Under the pieces are notes generated by a model, which was given only the letters and a program-made list of their open reading frames with translations, did not search any database and was not told the DNA's origin. From contig OZ024746.1 of assembly GCA_964016885.1 (NCBI GenBank), positions 81,902,001 through 81,966,000 of the forward strand: a stretch of 64,000 nucleotides of DNA, in the 5' to 3' direction. This stretch comes from Eledone cirrhosa. Lineage: Eukaryota. This document shows positions 1 through 12,000 of the stretch, piece by piece (position 1 is the first letter of the stretch; every line of letters starts with the position of its first letter). The position numbers were made by a program, and so were the translations under genes.

Positions 1-3000
1 ATTCAGTTTTCTGTGTTTCAGTGTCTGCCCAGTTTTCTGTGTGCCACTGTCTATTCAGTTTTCTGTGTGCCACTATCTATTCAGTTTTCTGTGTTTCAGT
101 GTCTGCCCTGTTTTCTGTGTGCCACTGTCTATTCAGTTTTCTGTGTTTCAGTGTCTGCCCTGTTTTCTGTGTGCCACTGTCTATTCAGTTTTCTGTGTTT
201 CAGTGTCTGCCCAGTTTTCTGTGTGCCACTGTCTATTCAGTTTTCTGTGTGCCACTATCTATTCAGTTTTCTGTGTTTCAGTGTCTGCCCAGTTTTCTGT
301 GTGCCACTGTCTATTCAGTTTTCTGTGTGCCACTATCTATTCAGTTTTCTGTGTTTCAGTGTCTGCCCTGTTTTCTGTGTGCCACTGTCTATTCAGTTTT
401 CTGTGTTTCAGTGTCTGCCCTGTTTTCTGTGTGCCACTGTCTATTCAGTTTTCTGTGTGCCACTATCTATTCAGTTTTCTGTGTTTCAGTGTCTGCCCTG
501 TTTTCTGTGTGCCACTGTCTATTCAGTTTTCTGTGTTTCAGTGTCTGCCCTGTTTTCTGTGTACCACTGTCTATTCAGTTTTCTGTGTTTCAGTGTCTGC
601 CCTGTTTTCTGTGTGCCACTGTCTATTCAGCTTTCTGTGTTTCAGTGTCTGCCCTGTTTTCTGTGTGCCACTGTCTATTCAGTTTTCTGTGTGCCACTAT
701 CTATTCAGTTTTCTGTGTTTCAGTGTCTGCCCTGTTTTCTGTGTGCCACTGTCTATTCAGTTTTCTGTGTGCCACTATCTATTCAGTTTTCTGTGTTTCA
801 GTGTCTGCCCTGTTTTCTGTGTGCCACTATCTATTCAGCTTTCTGTGTGCCACTATCTATTCAGCTTTCTGTGTTTCAGTGTCTGCCCTGTTTTCTGTGT
901 GCCACTGTCTATTCAGCTTTCTGTGTTTCAGTGTCTGCCCTGTTTTCTGTGTGCCACTGTCTATTCAGTTTTCTGTGTGCCACTATCTATTCAGTTTTCT
1001 GTGTTTCAGTGTCTGCCCTGTTTTCTGTGTGCCACTGTCTATTCAGTTTTCTGTGTGCCACTATCTATTCAGTTTTCTGTGTTTCAGTGTCTGCCCTGTT
1101 TTCTGTGTGCCACTGTCTATTCAGTTTTCTGTGTTTCAGTGTCTGCCCTGTTTTCTGTGTGCCACTATCTATTCAGTTTTCTGTGTTTCAGTGTCTGCCC
1201 TGTTTTCTGTGTGCCACTGTCTATTCAGTTTTCTGTGTTTCAGTGTCTGCCCTGTTTTCTGTGTGCCACTGTCTATTTAGTTTTCTGTGTTTCAGTGTCT
1301 GCCCAGTTTTCTGTGTGCCACTATCTATTCAGTTTTCTGTGTTTCAGTGTCTGCCCTGTTTTCTGTGTGCCACTGTCTATTCAGTTTTCTGTGTTTCAGT
1401 GTCTGCCCTGTTTTCTGTGTGCCACTGTCTATTCAGTTTTCTGTGTTTCAGTGTCTGCCCTGTTTTCTGTGTGCCACTGTCTATTCAGTTTTCTGTGTTT
1501 CAGTGTCTGCCCTGTTTTCTGTGTGCCACTATCTATTCAGTTTTCTGTGTTTCAGTGTCTGCCCTGTTTTCTGTGTGCCACTGTCTATTCAGTTTTCTGT
1601 GTTTCAGTGTCTGCCCTGTTTTCTGTGTGCCACTGTCTATTCAGTTTTCTGTGTGCCACTATCTATTCAGTTTTCTGTGTTTCAGTGTCTGCCCTGTTTT
1701 CTGTGTGCCACTGTCTATTCAGTTTTCTGTGTTTCAGTGTCTGCCCTGTTTTCTGTGTGCCACTATCTATTCAGTTTTCTGTGTTTCAGTGTCTGCCCTG
1801 TTTTCTGTGTGCCACTGTCTATTCAGTTTTCTGTGTTTCAGTGTCTGCCCTGTTTTCTGTGTGCCACTGTCTATTCAGTTTTCTGTGTTTCAGTGTCTGC
1901 CCAGTTTTCTGTGTGCCACTATCTATTCAGTTTTCTGTGTTTCAGTGTCTGCCCTGTTTTCTGTGTGCCACTGTCTATTCAGTTTTCTGTGTTTCAGTGT
2001 CTGCCCTGTTTTCTGTGTGCCACTGTCTATTCAGCTTTCTGTGTTTCAGTGTCTGCCCTGTTTTCTGTGTGCCACTGTCTATTCAGTTTTCTGTATTTCA
2101 GTGTCTGCCCTGTTTTCTGTGTGCCACTGTCTATTCAGCTTTCTGTGTTTCAGTGTCTGCCCTGTTTTCTGTGTGCCACTATCTATTCAGTTTTCTGTGT
2201 TTCAGTGTCTGCCCTGTTTTCTGTGTGCCACTGTCTATTCAGTTTTCTGTGTTTCAGTGTCTGCCCTGTTTTCCGTGTGCCACTGTCTATTCAGTTTTCT
2301 GTGTTTCAGTGTCTGCCCTGTTTTCTGTGTGCCACTGTCTATTCAGCTTTCTGTGTTTCAGTGTCTGCCCTGTTTTCTGTGTGCCACTGTCTATTCAGTT
2401 TTCTGTGTTTCAGTGTCTGCCCTGTTTTCTGTGTGCCACTGTCTATTCAGTTTTCTGTGTTTCAGTGTCTGCCCTGTTTTCTGTGTGCCACTGTCTATTC
2501 AGTTCTCTGTGTTTCAGTGTCTGCCCTGTTTTCTGTGTGCCACTGTCTATTCAGTTTTCTCTGTTTCAGTGTCTGCCCTGTTTTCTGTGTGCCACTGTCT
2601 ATTCAGTTTTCTGTGTTTCAGTGTCTGCCCTGTTTTCTGTGTGCCACTATCTATTCAGTTTTCTGTGTTTCAGTGTCTGCCCTGTTTTCTGTGTGCCACT
2701 GTCTATTCAGTTTTCTGTGTTTCAGTGTCTGCCCTGTTTTCTGTGTGCCACTGTCTATTCAGTTTTCTGTGTTTCAGTGTCTGCCCTGTTTTCTGTGTGC
2801 CACTGTCTATTCAGTTTTCTGTGGTCAGTGTCTGCCCTGTTTTCTGTGTGCCACTGTCTATTCAGTTTTCTGTGTTTCGGTGTCTGTTCTGTTTTCTGTG
2901 TGCCACTATCTATTCAGTTTTCTGTATTTCAGTGTCTGCCCTGTTTTCTGTGTGCCACTGTCTATTCAGTTTTCTGTGTTTCAGTGTCTGCCCTGTTTTC

Positions 3001-6000
3001 TGTGTGCCACTGTCTATTCAGTTTTCTGTGTTTCAGTGTCTGCCCTGTTTTCTGTGTGCCACTGTCTATTCAGTTTTCTGTGTTTCAGTGTCTGCCCTGT
3101 TTTCTGTGTGCCACTATCTATTCAGTCTTCTGTGTTTCAGTGTCTGCCCTGTTTTCTGTGTGCCACTGTCTATTCAGTTTTCTGTGTTTCAGTGTCTGCC
3201 CTGTTTTCTGTGTGCCACTGTCTATTCAGCTTTCTGTGTTTCAGTGTCTGCCCTGTTTTCTGTGTGCCACTATCTATTCAGTTTTCTGTGTTTCAGTGTC
3301 TGCCCTGTTTTCTGTGTGCCACTGTCTATTCAGTTTTCTGTGTTTCAGTGTCTGCCCTGTTTTCTGTGTGCCACTGTCTATTCAGTTTTCTGTTTTTCAG
3401 TGTCTGCCCTGTTTTCTGTGTGCCACTGTCTATTCAGTTTTCTGTGTTTCAGTGTCTGCCCTGTTTTCTGTGTGCCACTGTCTATTCAGCTTACTGTGTT
3501 TCAGTGTCTGCCCTGTTTTCTGTGTGCCACTATCTATTCAGTTTTCTGTGTTTCAGTGTCTGCCCTGTTTTCTGTGTGCCACTGTCTATTCAGTTTTCTG
3601 TGTTTCAGTGTCTGCCCTGTTTTCTGTTTGCCACTATCTATTCAGTTTTCTGTGTTTCAGTGTCTGCCCTGTTTTCTGTGTACCACTGTCTATTCAGTTT
3701 TCTGTGTTTCAGTGTCTGCCCTGTTTTCTGTGTACCACTGTCTATTCAGCTTTCTGTGTTTCAGTGTCTGCCCTGTTTTCTGTGTGCCACTGTCTATTCA
3801 GTTTTCTGTGTTTCAGTGTCTGCCCTGTTTTCTGTGTACCACTGTCTATTCAGTTTTCTGTGTTTCAGTGTCTGCCCTGTTTTCTGTGTGCCACTGTCTA
3901 TTCAGCTTTCTGTGTTTCAGTGTCTGCCCTGTTTTCTGTGTGCCACTGTCTATTCAGTTTTCTGTGTGACACTATCTATTCAGTTTTCTGTGTTTCAGTG
4001 TCTGCCCTGTTTTCTGTGTGCCACTGTCTATTCAGTTTTCTGTGTGCCACTATCTATTCAGTTTTCTGTGTTTCAGTGTCTGCCCTGTTTTCTGTGTGCC
4101 ACTGTCTATTCAGTTTTCTGTGTTTCAGTGTCTGCCCTGTTTTCTGTGTACCACTGTCTATTCAGTTTTCTGTGTTTCAGTGTCTGCCCTGTTTTCTGTG
4201 TGCCACTGTCTATTCAGCTTTCTGTGTTTCAGTGTCTGCCCTGTTTTCTGTGTGCCACTGTCTATTCAGTTTTCTGTGTGCCACTATCTATTCAGTTTTC
4301 TGTGTTTCAGTGTCTGCCCTGTTTTCTGTGTGCCACTGTCTATTCAGTTTTCTGTGTGCCACTATCTATTCAGTTTTCTGTGTTTCAGTGTCTGCCCTGT
4401 TTTCTGTGTGCCACTATCTATTCAGCTTTCTGTGTTTCAGTGTCTGCCCTGTTTTCTGTGTGCCACTGTCTATTCAGCTTTCTGTGTTTCAGTGTCTGCC
4501 CTGTTTTCTGTGTGCCACTGTCTATTCAGTTTTCTGTGTGCCACTATCTATTCAGTTTTCTGTGTTTCAGTGTCTGCCCTGTTTTCTGTGTGCCACTGTC
4601 TATTCAGTTTTCTGTGTTTCAGTGTCTGCCTAGTTTTCTGTGTGCCACTGTCTATTCAGTTTTCTGTGTGCCACTATCTATTCAGTTTTCTGTGTTTCAG
4701 TGTCTGCCCTGTTTTCTGTGTGCCACTGTCTATTCAGTTTTCTGTGTTTCAGTGTCTGCCCTGTTTTCTGTGTGCCACTGTCTATTCAGTTTTCTGTGTT
4801 TCAGTGTCTGCCCTGTTTTCTGTGTGCCACTGTCTATTCAGTTTTCTGTGTTTCAGTGTCTGCCCTGTTTTCTGTGTGCCACTGTCTATTCAGCTTTCTG
4901 TGTTTCAGTGTCTGCCCTGTTTTCTGTGTGCCACTGTCTATTCAGTTTTCTGTGTGCCACTATCTATTCAGTTTTCTGTGTTTCAGTGTCTGCCCTGTTT
5001 TCTGTGTGCCACTGTCTATTCAGTTTTCTATGTGCCACTATCTATTCAGTTTTCTGTGTTTCAGTGTCTGCCCTGTTTTCTGTGTGCCACTATCTATTCT
5101 GCTTTCTGTGTTTCAGTGTCTGCCCAGTTTTCTGTGTGCCACTGTCTATTCAGTTTTCTGTGTGCCACTATCTATTCAGTTTTCTGTGTTTCAGTGTCTA
5201 TTCAGTTTTCTGTGTGCCACTATCTATTCAGTTTTCCGTGTTTCAGTGTCTGCCCTGTTTTCTGTGTGCCACTGTCTATTCAGTTTTCTGTGTGCCACTA
5301 TCTATTCAGTTTTCTGTGTGCCACTGTCTATTCAGTTTTCTGTGTGCCACTATCTATTCAGTTTTCTGTGTTTCAGTGTCTGCCCTGTTTTCTGTGTGCC
5401 ACTATCTATTCAGTTTTCTGTGTTTCAGTGTCTGCCCTGTTTTCTGTGTGCCACTGTCTATTCAGTTTTCTGTGTTTCAGTGTCTGCCCTGTTTTCTGTG
5501 TGCCACTGTCTATTCAGTTTTCTGTGTTTCAGTGTCTGCCCTGTTTTCTGTGTGCCACTGTCTATTCAGTTTTCTGTGTTTCAGTGTCTGCCCTGTTTTC
5601 TGTGTGCCACTGTCTATTCAGCTTTCTGTGTTTCAGTGTCTGCCCTGTTTTCTGTGTGCCACTATCTATTCAGTTTTCTGTGTTTCAGTGTCTGCCCTGT
5701 TTTCTGTGTGCCACTGTCTATTCAGTTTTCTGTGTTTCAGTGTCTGCCCTGTTTTCTGTTTGCCACTATCTATTCAGTTTTCTGTGTTTCAGTGTCTGCC
5801 CTGTTTTCTGTGTACCACTGTCTATTCAGTTTTCTGTGTTTCAGTGTCTGCCCTGTTTTCTGTTTACCACTGTCTATTCAGCTTTCTGTGTTTCAGTGTC
5901 TGCCCTGTTTTCTGTGTGCCACTGTCTATTCAGTTTTCTGTGTTTCAGTGTCTGCCCTGTTTTCTGTGTACCACTGTCTATTCAGTTTTCTGTGTTTCAG

Positions 6001-9000
6001 TGTCTGCCCTGTTTTCTGTGTGCCACTGTCTATTCAGCTTTCTGTGTTTCAGTGTCTGCCCTGTTTTCTGTGTGCCACTGTCTATTCAGTTTTCTGTGTG
6101 CCACTATCTATTCAGTTTTCTGTGTTTCAGTGTCTATTCAGTTTTCTGTGTTTCAGTGTCTGCCCTGTTTTCTGTGTGCCACTGTCTATTCAGCTTTCTG
6201 TGTTTCAGTGTCTGCCCTGTTTTCTGTGTGCCACTGTCTATTCAGTTTTCTGTGTGCCACTATCTATTCAGTTTTCTGTGTTTCAGTGTCTGCCCTGTTT
6301 TCTGTGTGCCACTGTCTATTCAGTTTTCTGTGTGCCACTATCTATTCAGTTTTCTGTGTTTCAGTGTCTGCCCTGTTTTCTGTGTGCCACTATCTATTCA
6401 GCTTTCTGTGTTTCAGTGTCTATTCAGTTTTCTGTGTGCCACTATCTATTCAGTTTTCCGTGTTTCAGTGTCTGCCCTGTTTTCTGTGTGCCACTGTCTA
6501 TTCAGTTTTCTGTGTGCCACTATCTATTCAGTTTTCTGTGTGCCACTGTCTATTCAGTTTTCTGTGTGCCACTATCTATTCAGTTTTCTGTGTTTCAGTG
6601 TCTGCCCTGTTTTCTGTGTGCCACTATCTATTCAGTTTTCTGTGTTTCAGTGTCTGCCCTGTTTTCTGTGTGCCACTGTCTATTCAGTTTTCTGTGTTTC
6701 AGTGTCTGCCCTGTTTTCTGTGTGCCACTGTCTATTCAGTTTTCTGTGTTTCAGTGTCTGCCCTGTTTTCTGTGTGCCACTGTCTATTCAGTTTTCTGTG
6801 TTTCAGTGTCTGCCCTGTTTTCTGTGTGCCACTGTCTATTCAGCTTTCTGTGTTTCAGTGTCTGCCCTGTTTTCTGTGTGCCACTATCTATTCAGTTTTC
6901 TGTGTTTCAGTGTCTGCCCTGTTTTCTGTGTGCCACTGTCTATTCAGTTTTCTGTGTTTCAGTGTCTGCCCTGTTTTCTGTTTGCCACTATCTATTCAGT
7001 TTTCTGTGTTTCAGTGTCTGCCCTGTTTTCTGTGTACCACTGTCGATTCAGTTTTCTGTGTTTCAGTGTCTGCCCTGTTTTCTGTTTACCACTGTCTATT
7101 CAGCTTTCTGTGTTTCAGTGTCTGCCCTGTTTTCTGTGTGCCACTGTCTATTCAGTTTTCTGTGTTTCAGTGTCTGCCCTGTTTTCTGTGTACCACTGTC
7201 TATTCAGTTTTCTGTGTTTCAGTGTCTGCCCTGTTTTCTGTGTGCCACTGTCTATTCAGCTTTCTGTGTTTCAGTGTCTGCCCTGTTTTCTGTGTGCCAC
7301 TGTCTATTCAGTTTTCTGTGTGCCACTATCTATTCAGTTTTCTGTGTTTCAGTGTCTGCCCTGTTTTCTGTGTGCCACTGTCTATTCAGTTTTCTGTGTT
7401 TCAGTGTCTGCCCTGTTTTCTGTGTACCACTGTCTATTCAGTTTTCTGTGTTTCAGTGTCTGCCCTGTTTTCTGTGTGCCACTGTCTATTCAGCTTTCTG
7501 TGTTTCAGTGTCTGCCCTGTTTTCTGTGTGCCACTGTCTATTCAGTTTTCTGTGTGCCACTATCTATTCAGTTTTCTGTGTTTCAGTGTCTGCCCTGTTT
7601 TCTGTGTGCCACTGTCTATTCAGTTTTCTGTGTGCCACTATCTATTCAGTTTTCTGTGTTTCAGTGTCTGCCCTGTTTTCTGTGTGCCACTATCTATTCA
7701 GCTTTCTGTGTTTCAGTGTCTGCCCTGTTTTCTGTGTGCCACTGTCTATTCAGCTTTCTGTGTTTCAGTGTCTGCCCTGTTTTCTGTGTGCCACTGTCTA
7801 TTCAGTTTTCTGTGTGCCACTATCTATTCAGTTTTCTGTGTTTCAGTGTCTGCCCTGTTTTCTGTGTGCCACTGTCTATTCAGTTTTCTGTGTGCCACTA
7901 TCTATTAAGTTTTCTGTGTTTCAGTGTCTGCCCTGTTTTCTGTGTGCCACTGTCTATTCAGTTTTCTGTGTTTCAGTGTCTGCCCTGTTTTCTGTGTTTC
8001 AGTGTCTGCCCTGTTTTCTGTGTGCCACTATCTATTCAGTTTTCTGTGTTTCAGTGTCTGCCCTGTTTTCTGTGTGCCACTGTCTATTCAGTTTTCTGTG
8101 TTTCAGTGTCTGCCCTGTTTTCTGTGTGCCACTGTCTATTTAGTTTTCTGTGTTTCAGTGTCTGCCCTGTTTTCTGTGTGCCACTATCTATTCAGTTTTC
8201 TGTGTTTCAGTGTCTGCCCTGTTTTCTGTGTGCCACTGTCTATTCAGTTTTCTGTGTTTCAGTGTCTGCCCTGTTTTCTGTGTGCCACTGTCTATTCAGT
8301 TTTCTGTGTGCCACTATCTATTCAGTTTTCTGTGTTTCAGTGTCTGCCCTGTTTTCTGTGTGTCACTGTCTATTCAGTTTTCTGTGTTTCAGTGTCTGCC
8401 CTGTTTTCTGTGTGCCACTATCTATTCAGTTTTCTGTGTTTCAGTGTCTGCCCTGTTTTCTGTGTGCCACTGTCTATTCAGTTTTCTGTGTTTCAGTGTC
8501 TGCCCTGTTTTCTGTGTGCCACTGTCTACTCAGTTTTCTGTGTTTCAGTGTCTGCCCTGTTTTATGTGTGCCACTGTCTATTCAGTTTTCTGTGTGCCAC
8601 TATCTATTCAGTTTTCTGTGTTTCAGTGTCTGCCCTGTTTTCTGTGTGCCACTGTCTATTCAGTTTTCTGTGTTTCAGTGTCTGCCCTGTTTTCTGTGTG
8701 CCACTGTCTATTCAGTTTTCTGTGTGCCACTATCTATTCAGTTTTCTGTGTTTCAGTGTCTGCCCTGTTTTCTGTGTGCCACTGTCTATTCAGTTTTCTG
8801 TGTTTCAGTGTCTGCCCTGTTTTCTGTGTGCCACTATCTATTCAGTTTTCTGTGTTTCAGTGTCTGCCCTGTTTTCTGTGTGCCACTGTCTATTCAGTTT
8901 TCTGTGTTTCAGTGTCTGCCTTTTTTTCTGTGTGCCACTGTCTATTCAGCTTTCTGTGTTTCAGTGTCTGCCCTGTTTTCTGTGTGCCACTGTCTATTCA

Positions 9001-12000
9001 GTTTTCTGTGTGCCACTATCTATTCAGTTTTCTGTGTTTCAGTGTCTGCCCTGTTTTCTGTGTGCCACTGTCTATTCAGTTTTCTATGTGCCACTATCTA
9101 TTCAGTTTTCTGTGTTTCAGTGTCTGCCCTGTTTTCTGTGTGCCACTATCTATTCTGCTTTCTGTGTTTCAGTGTCTGCCCAGTTTTCTGTGTGCCACTG
9201 TCTATTCAGTTTTCTGTGTGCCACTATCTATTCAGTTTTCTGTGTTTCAGTGTCTATTCAGTTTTCTGTGTGCCACTATCTATTCTGTTTTCCGTGTTTC
9301 AGTGTCTGCCCTGTTTTCTGTGTGCCACTGTCTATTCAGTTTTCTGTGTGCCACTATCTATTCAGTTTTCTGTGTGCCACTGTCTATTCAGTTTTCTGTG
9401 TGCCACTATCTATTCAGTTTTCTGTGTTTCAGTGTCTGCCCTGTTTTCTGTGTGCCACTATCTATTCAGTTTTCTGTGTTTCAGTGTCTGCCCTGTTTTC
9501 TGTGTGCCACTGTCTATTCAGTTTTCTGTGTTTCAGTGTCTGCCCTGTTTTCTGTGTGCCACTGTCTATTCAGTTTTCTGTGTTTCAGTGTCTGCCCTGT
9601 TTTCTGTGTGCCACTGTCTATTCAGTTTTCTGTGTTTCAGTGTCTGCCCTGTTTTCTGTGTGCCACTGTCTATTCAGCTTTCTGTGTTTCAGTGTCTGCC
9701 CTGTTTTCTGTGTGCCACTATCTATTCAGTTTTCTGTGTTTCAGTGTCTGCCCTGTTTTCTGTGTACCACTGTCTATTCAGTTTTCTGTGTTTCAGTGTC
9801 TGCCCTGTTTTCTGTTTACCACTGTCTATTCAGCTTTCTGTGTTTCAGTGTCTGCCCTGTTTTCTGTGTGCCACTGTCTATTCAGTTTTCTGTGTTTCAG
9901 TGTCTGCCCTGTTTTCTGTGTACCACTGTCTATTCAGTTTTCTGTGTTTCAGTGTCTGCCCTGTTTTCTGTGTGCCACTGTCTATTCAGCTTTCTGTGTT
10001 TCAGTGTCTGCCCTGTTTTCTGTGTGCCACTGTCTATTCAGTTTTCTGTGTGCCACTATCTATTCAGTTTTCTGTGTTTCAGTGTCTGCCCTGTTTTCTG
10101 TGTGCCACTGTCTATTCAGTTTTCTGTGTTTCAGTGTCTGCCCTGTTTTCTGTGTACCACTGTCTATTCAGTTTTCTGTGTTTCAGTGTCTGCCCTGTTT
10201 TCTGTGTGCCACTGTCTATTCAGCTTTCTGTGTTTCAGTGTCTGCCCTGTTTTCTGTGTGCCACTGTCTATTCAGTTTTCTGTGTGCCACTATCTATTCA
10301 GTTTTCTGTGTTTCAGTGTCTGCCTTGTTTTCTGTGTGCCACTGTCTATTCAGTTTTCTGTGTGCCACTATCTATTCAGTTTTCTGTGTTTCAGTGTCTG
10401 CCCTGTTTTCTGTGTGCCACTATCTATTCAGCTTTCTGTGTTTCAGTGTCTGCCCTGTTTTCTGTGTGCCACTGTCTATTCAGCTTTCTGTGTTTCAGTG
10501 TCTGCCCTGTTTTCTGTGTGCCACTGTCTATTCAGTTTTCTGTGTGCCACTATCTATTCAGTTTTCTGTGTTTCAGTGTCTGCCCTGTTTTCTGTGTGCC
10601 ACTGTCTATTCAGTTTTCTGTGTGCCACTATCTATTCAGTTTTCTGTGTTTCAGTGTCTGCCCTGTTTTCTGTGTGCCACTGTCTATTCAGTTTTCTGTG
10701 TTTCAGTGTCTGCCCTGTTTTCTGTGTGCCACTATCTATTCAGTTTTCTGTGTTTCAGTGTCTGCCCTGTTTTCTGTGTGCCACTGTCTATTCAGTTTTC
10801 TGTGTTTCAGTGTCTGCCCTGTTTTCTGTGTGCCACCGTCTATTTAGTTTTCTGTGTTTCAGTGTCTGCCCAGTTTTCTGTGTGCCACTATCTATTCAGT
10901 TTTCTGTGTTTCAGTGTCTGCCCTGTTTTCTGTGTGCCACTGTCTATTCAGTTTTCTGTGTTTCAGTGTCTGCCCTGTTTTCTGTGTGCCACTGTCTATT
11001 CAGTTTTCTGTGTGCCACTATCTATTCAGTTTTCTGTGTTTCAGTGTCTGCCCTGTTTTCTGTGTGTCACTGTCTATTCAGTTTTCTGTGTTTCAGTGTC
11101 TGCCCTGTTTTCTGTGTGCCACTATCTATTCAGTTTTCTGTGTTTCAGTGTCTGCCCTGTTTTCTGTGTGCCACTGTCTATTCAGTTTTCTGTGTTTCAG
11201 TGTCTGCCCTGTTTTCTGTGTGCCACTGTCTATTCAGTTTTCTGTGTTTCAGTGTCTGCCCTGTTTTCTGTGTGCCACTATCTATTCTGTTTTCTGTGTT
11301 TCAGTGTCTGCCCTGTTTTCTGTGTGCCACTGTCTATTCAGTTTTCTGTGTTTCAGTGTCTGCCCTGTTTTCTGTGTGCCACTGTCTATTCAGTTTTCTG
11401 TGTGCCACTATCTATTCAGTTTTCTGTGTTTCAGTGTCTGCCCTGTTTTCTGTGTGCCACTGTCTATTCAGTTTTCTGTGTTTCAGTGTCTGCCCTGTTT
11501 TCTGTGTGCCACTATCTATTCAGTTTTCTGTGTTTCAGTGTCTGCCCTGTTTTCTGTGTGCCACTGTCTATTCAGTTTTCTGTATTTCAGTGTCTGCCCT
11601 GTTTTCTGTGTGCCACTGTCTATTCAGCTTTCTGTGTTTCAGTGTCTGCCCTGTTTTCTGTGTGCCACTGTCTATTCAGTTTTCTGTGTTTCAGTGTCTG
11701 CCCTGTTTTCTGTGTGCCACTGTCTATTCAGTTTTCTGTGTTTCAGTGTCTGCCCTGTTTTCCGTGTGCCACTGTCTATTCAGTTTTCTGTGTTTCAGTG
11801 TCTGCCCTGTTTTCTGTGTGCCACTGTCTATTCAGCTTTCTGTGTTTCAGTGTCTGCCCTGTTTTCTGTGTGCCACTGTCTATTCAGTTTTCTGTGTTTC
11901 AGTGTCTGCCCTGTTTTCTGTGTGCCACTGTCTATTCAGTTTTCTGTGTTTCAGTGTCTGCCCTGTTTTCTGTGTGCCACTGTCTATTCAGTTTTCTGTG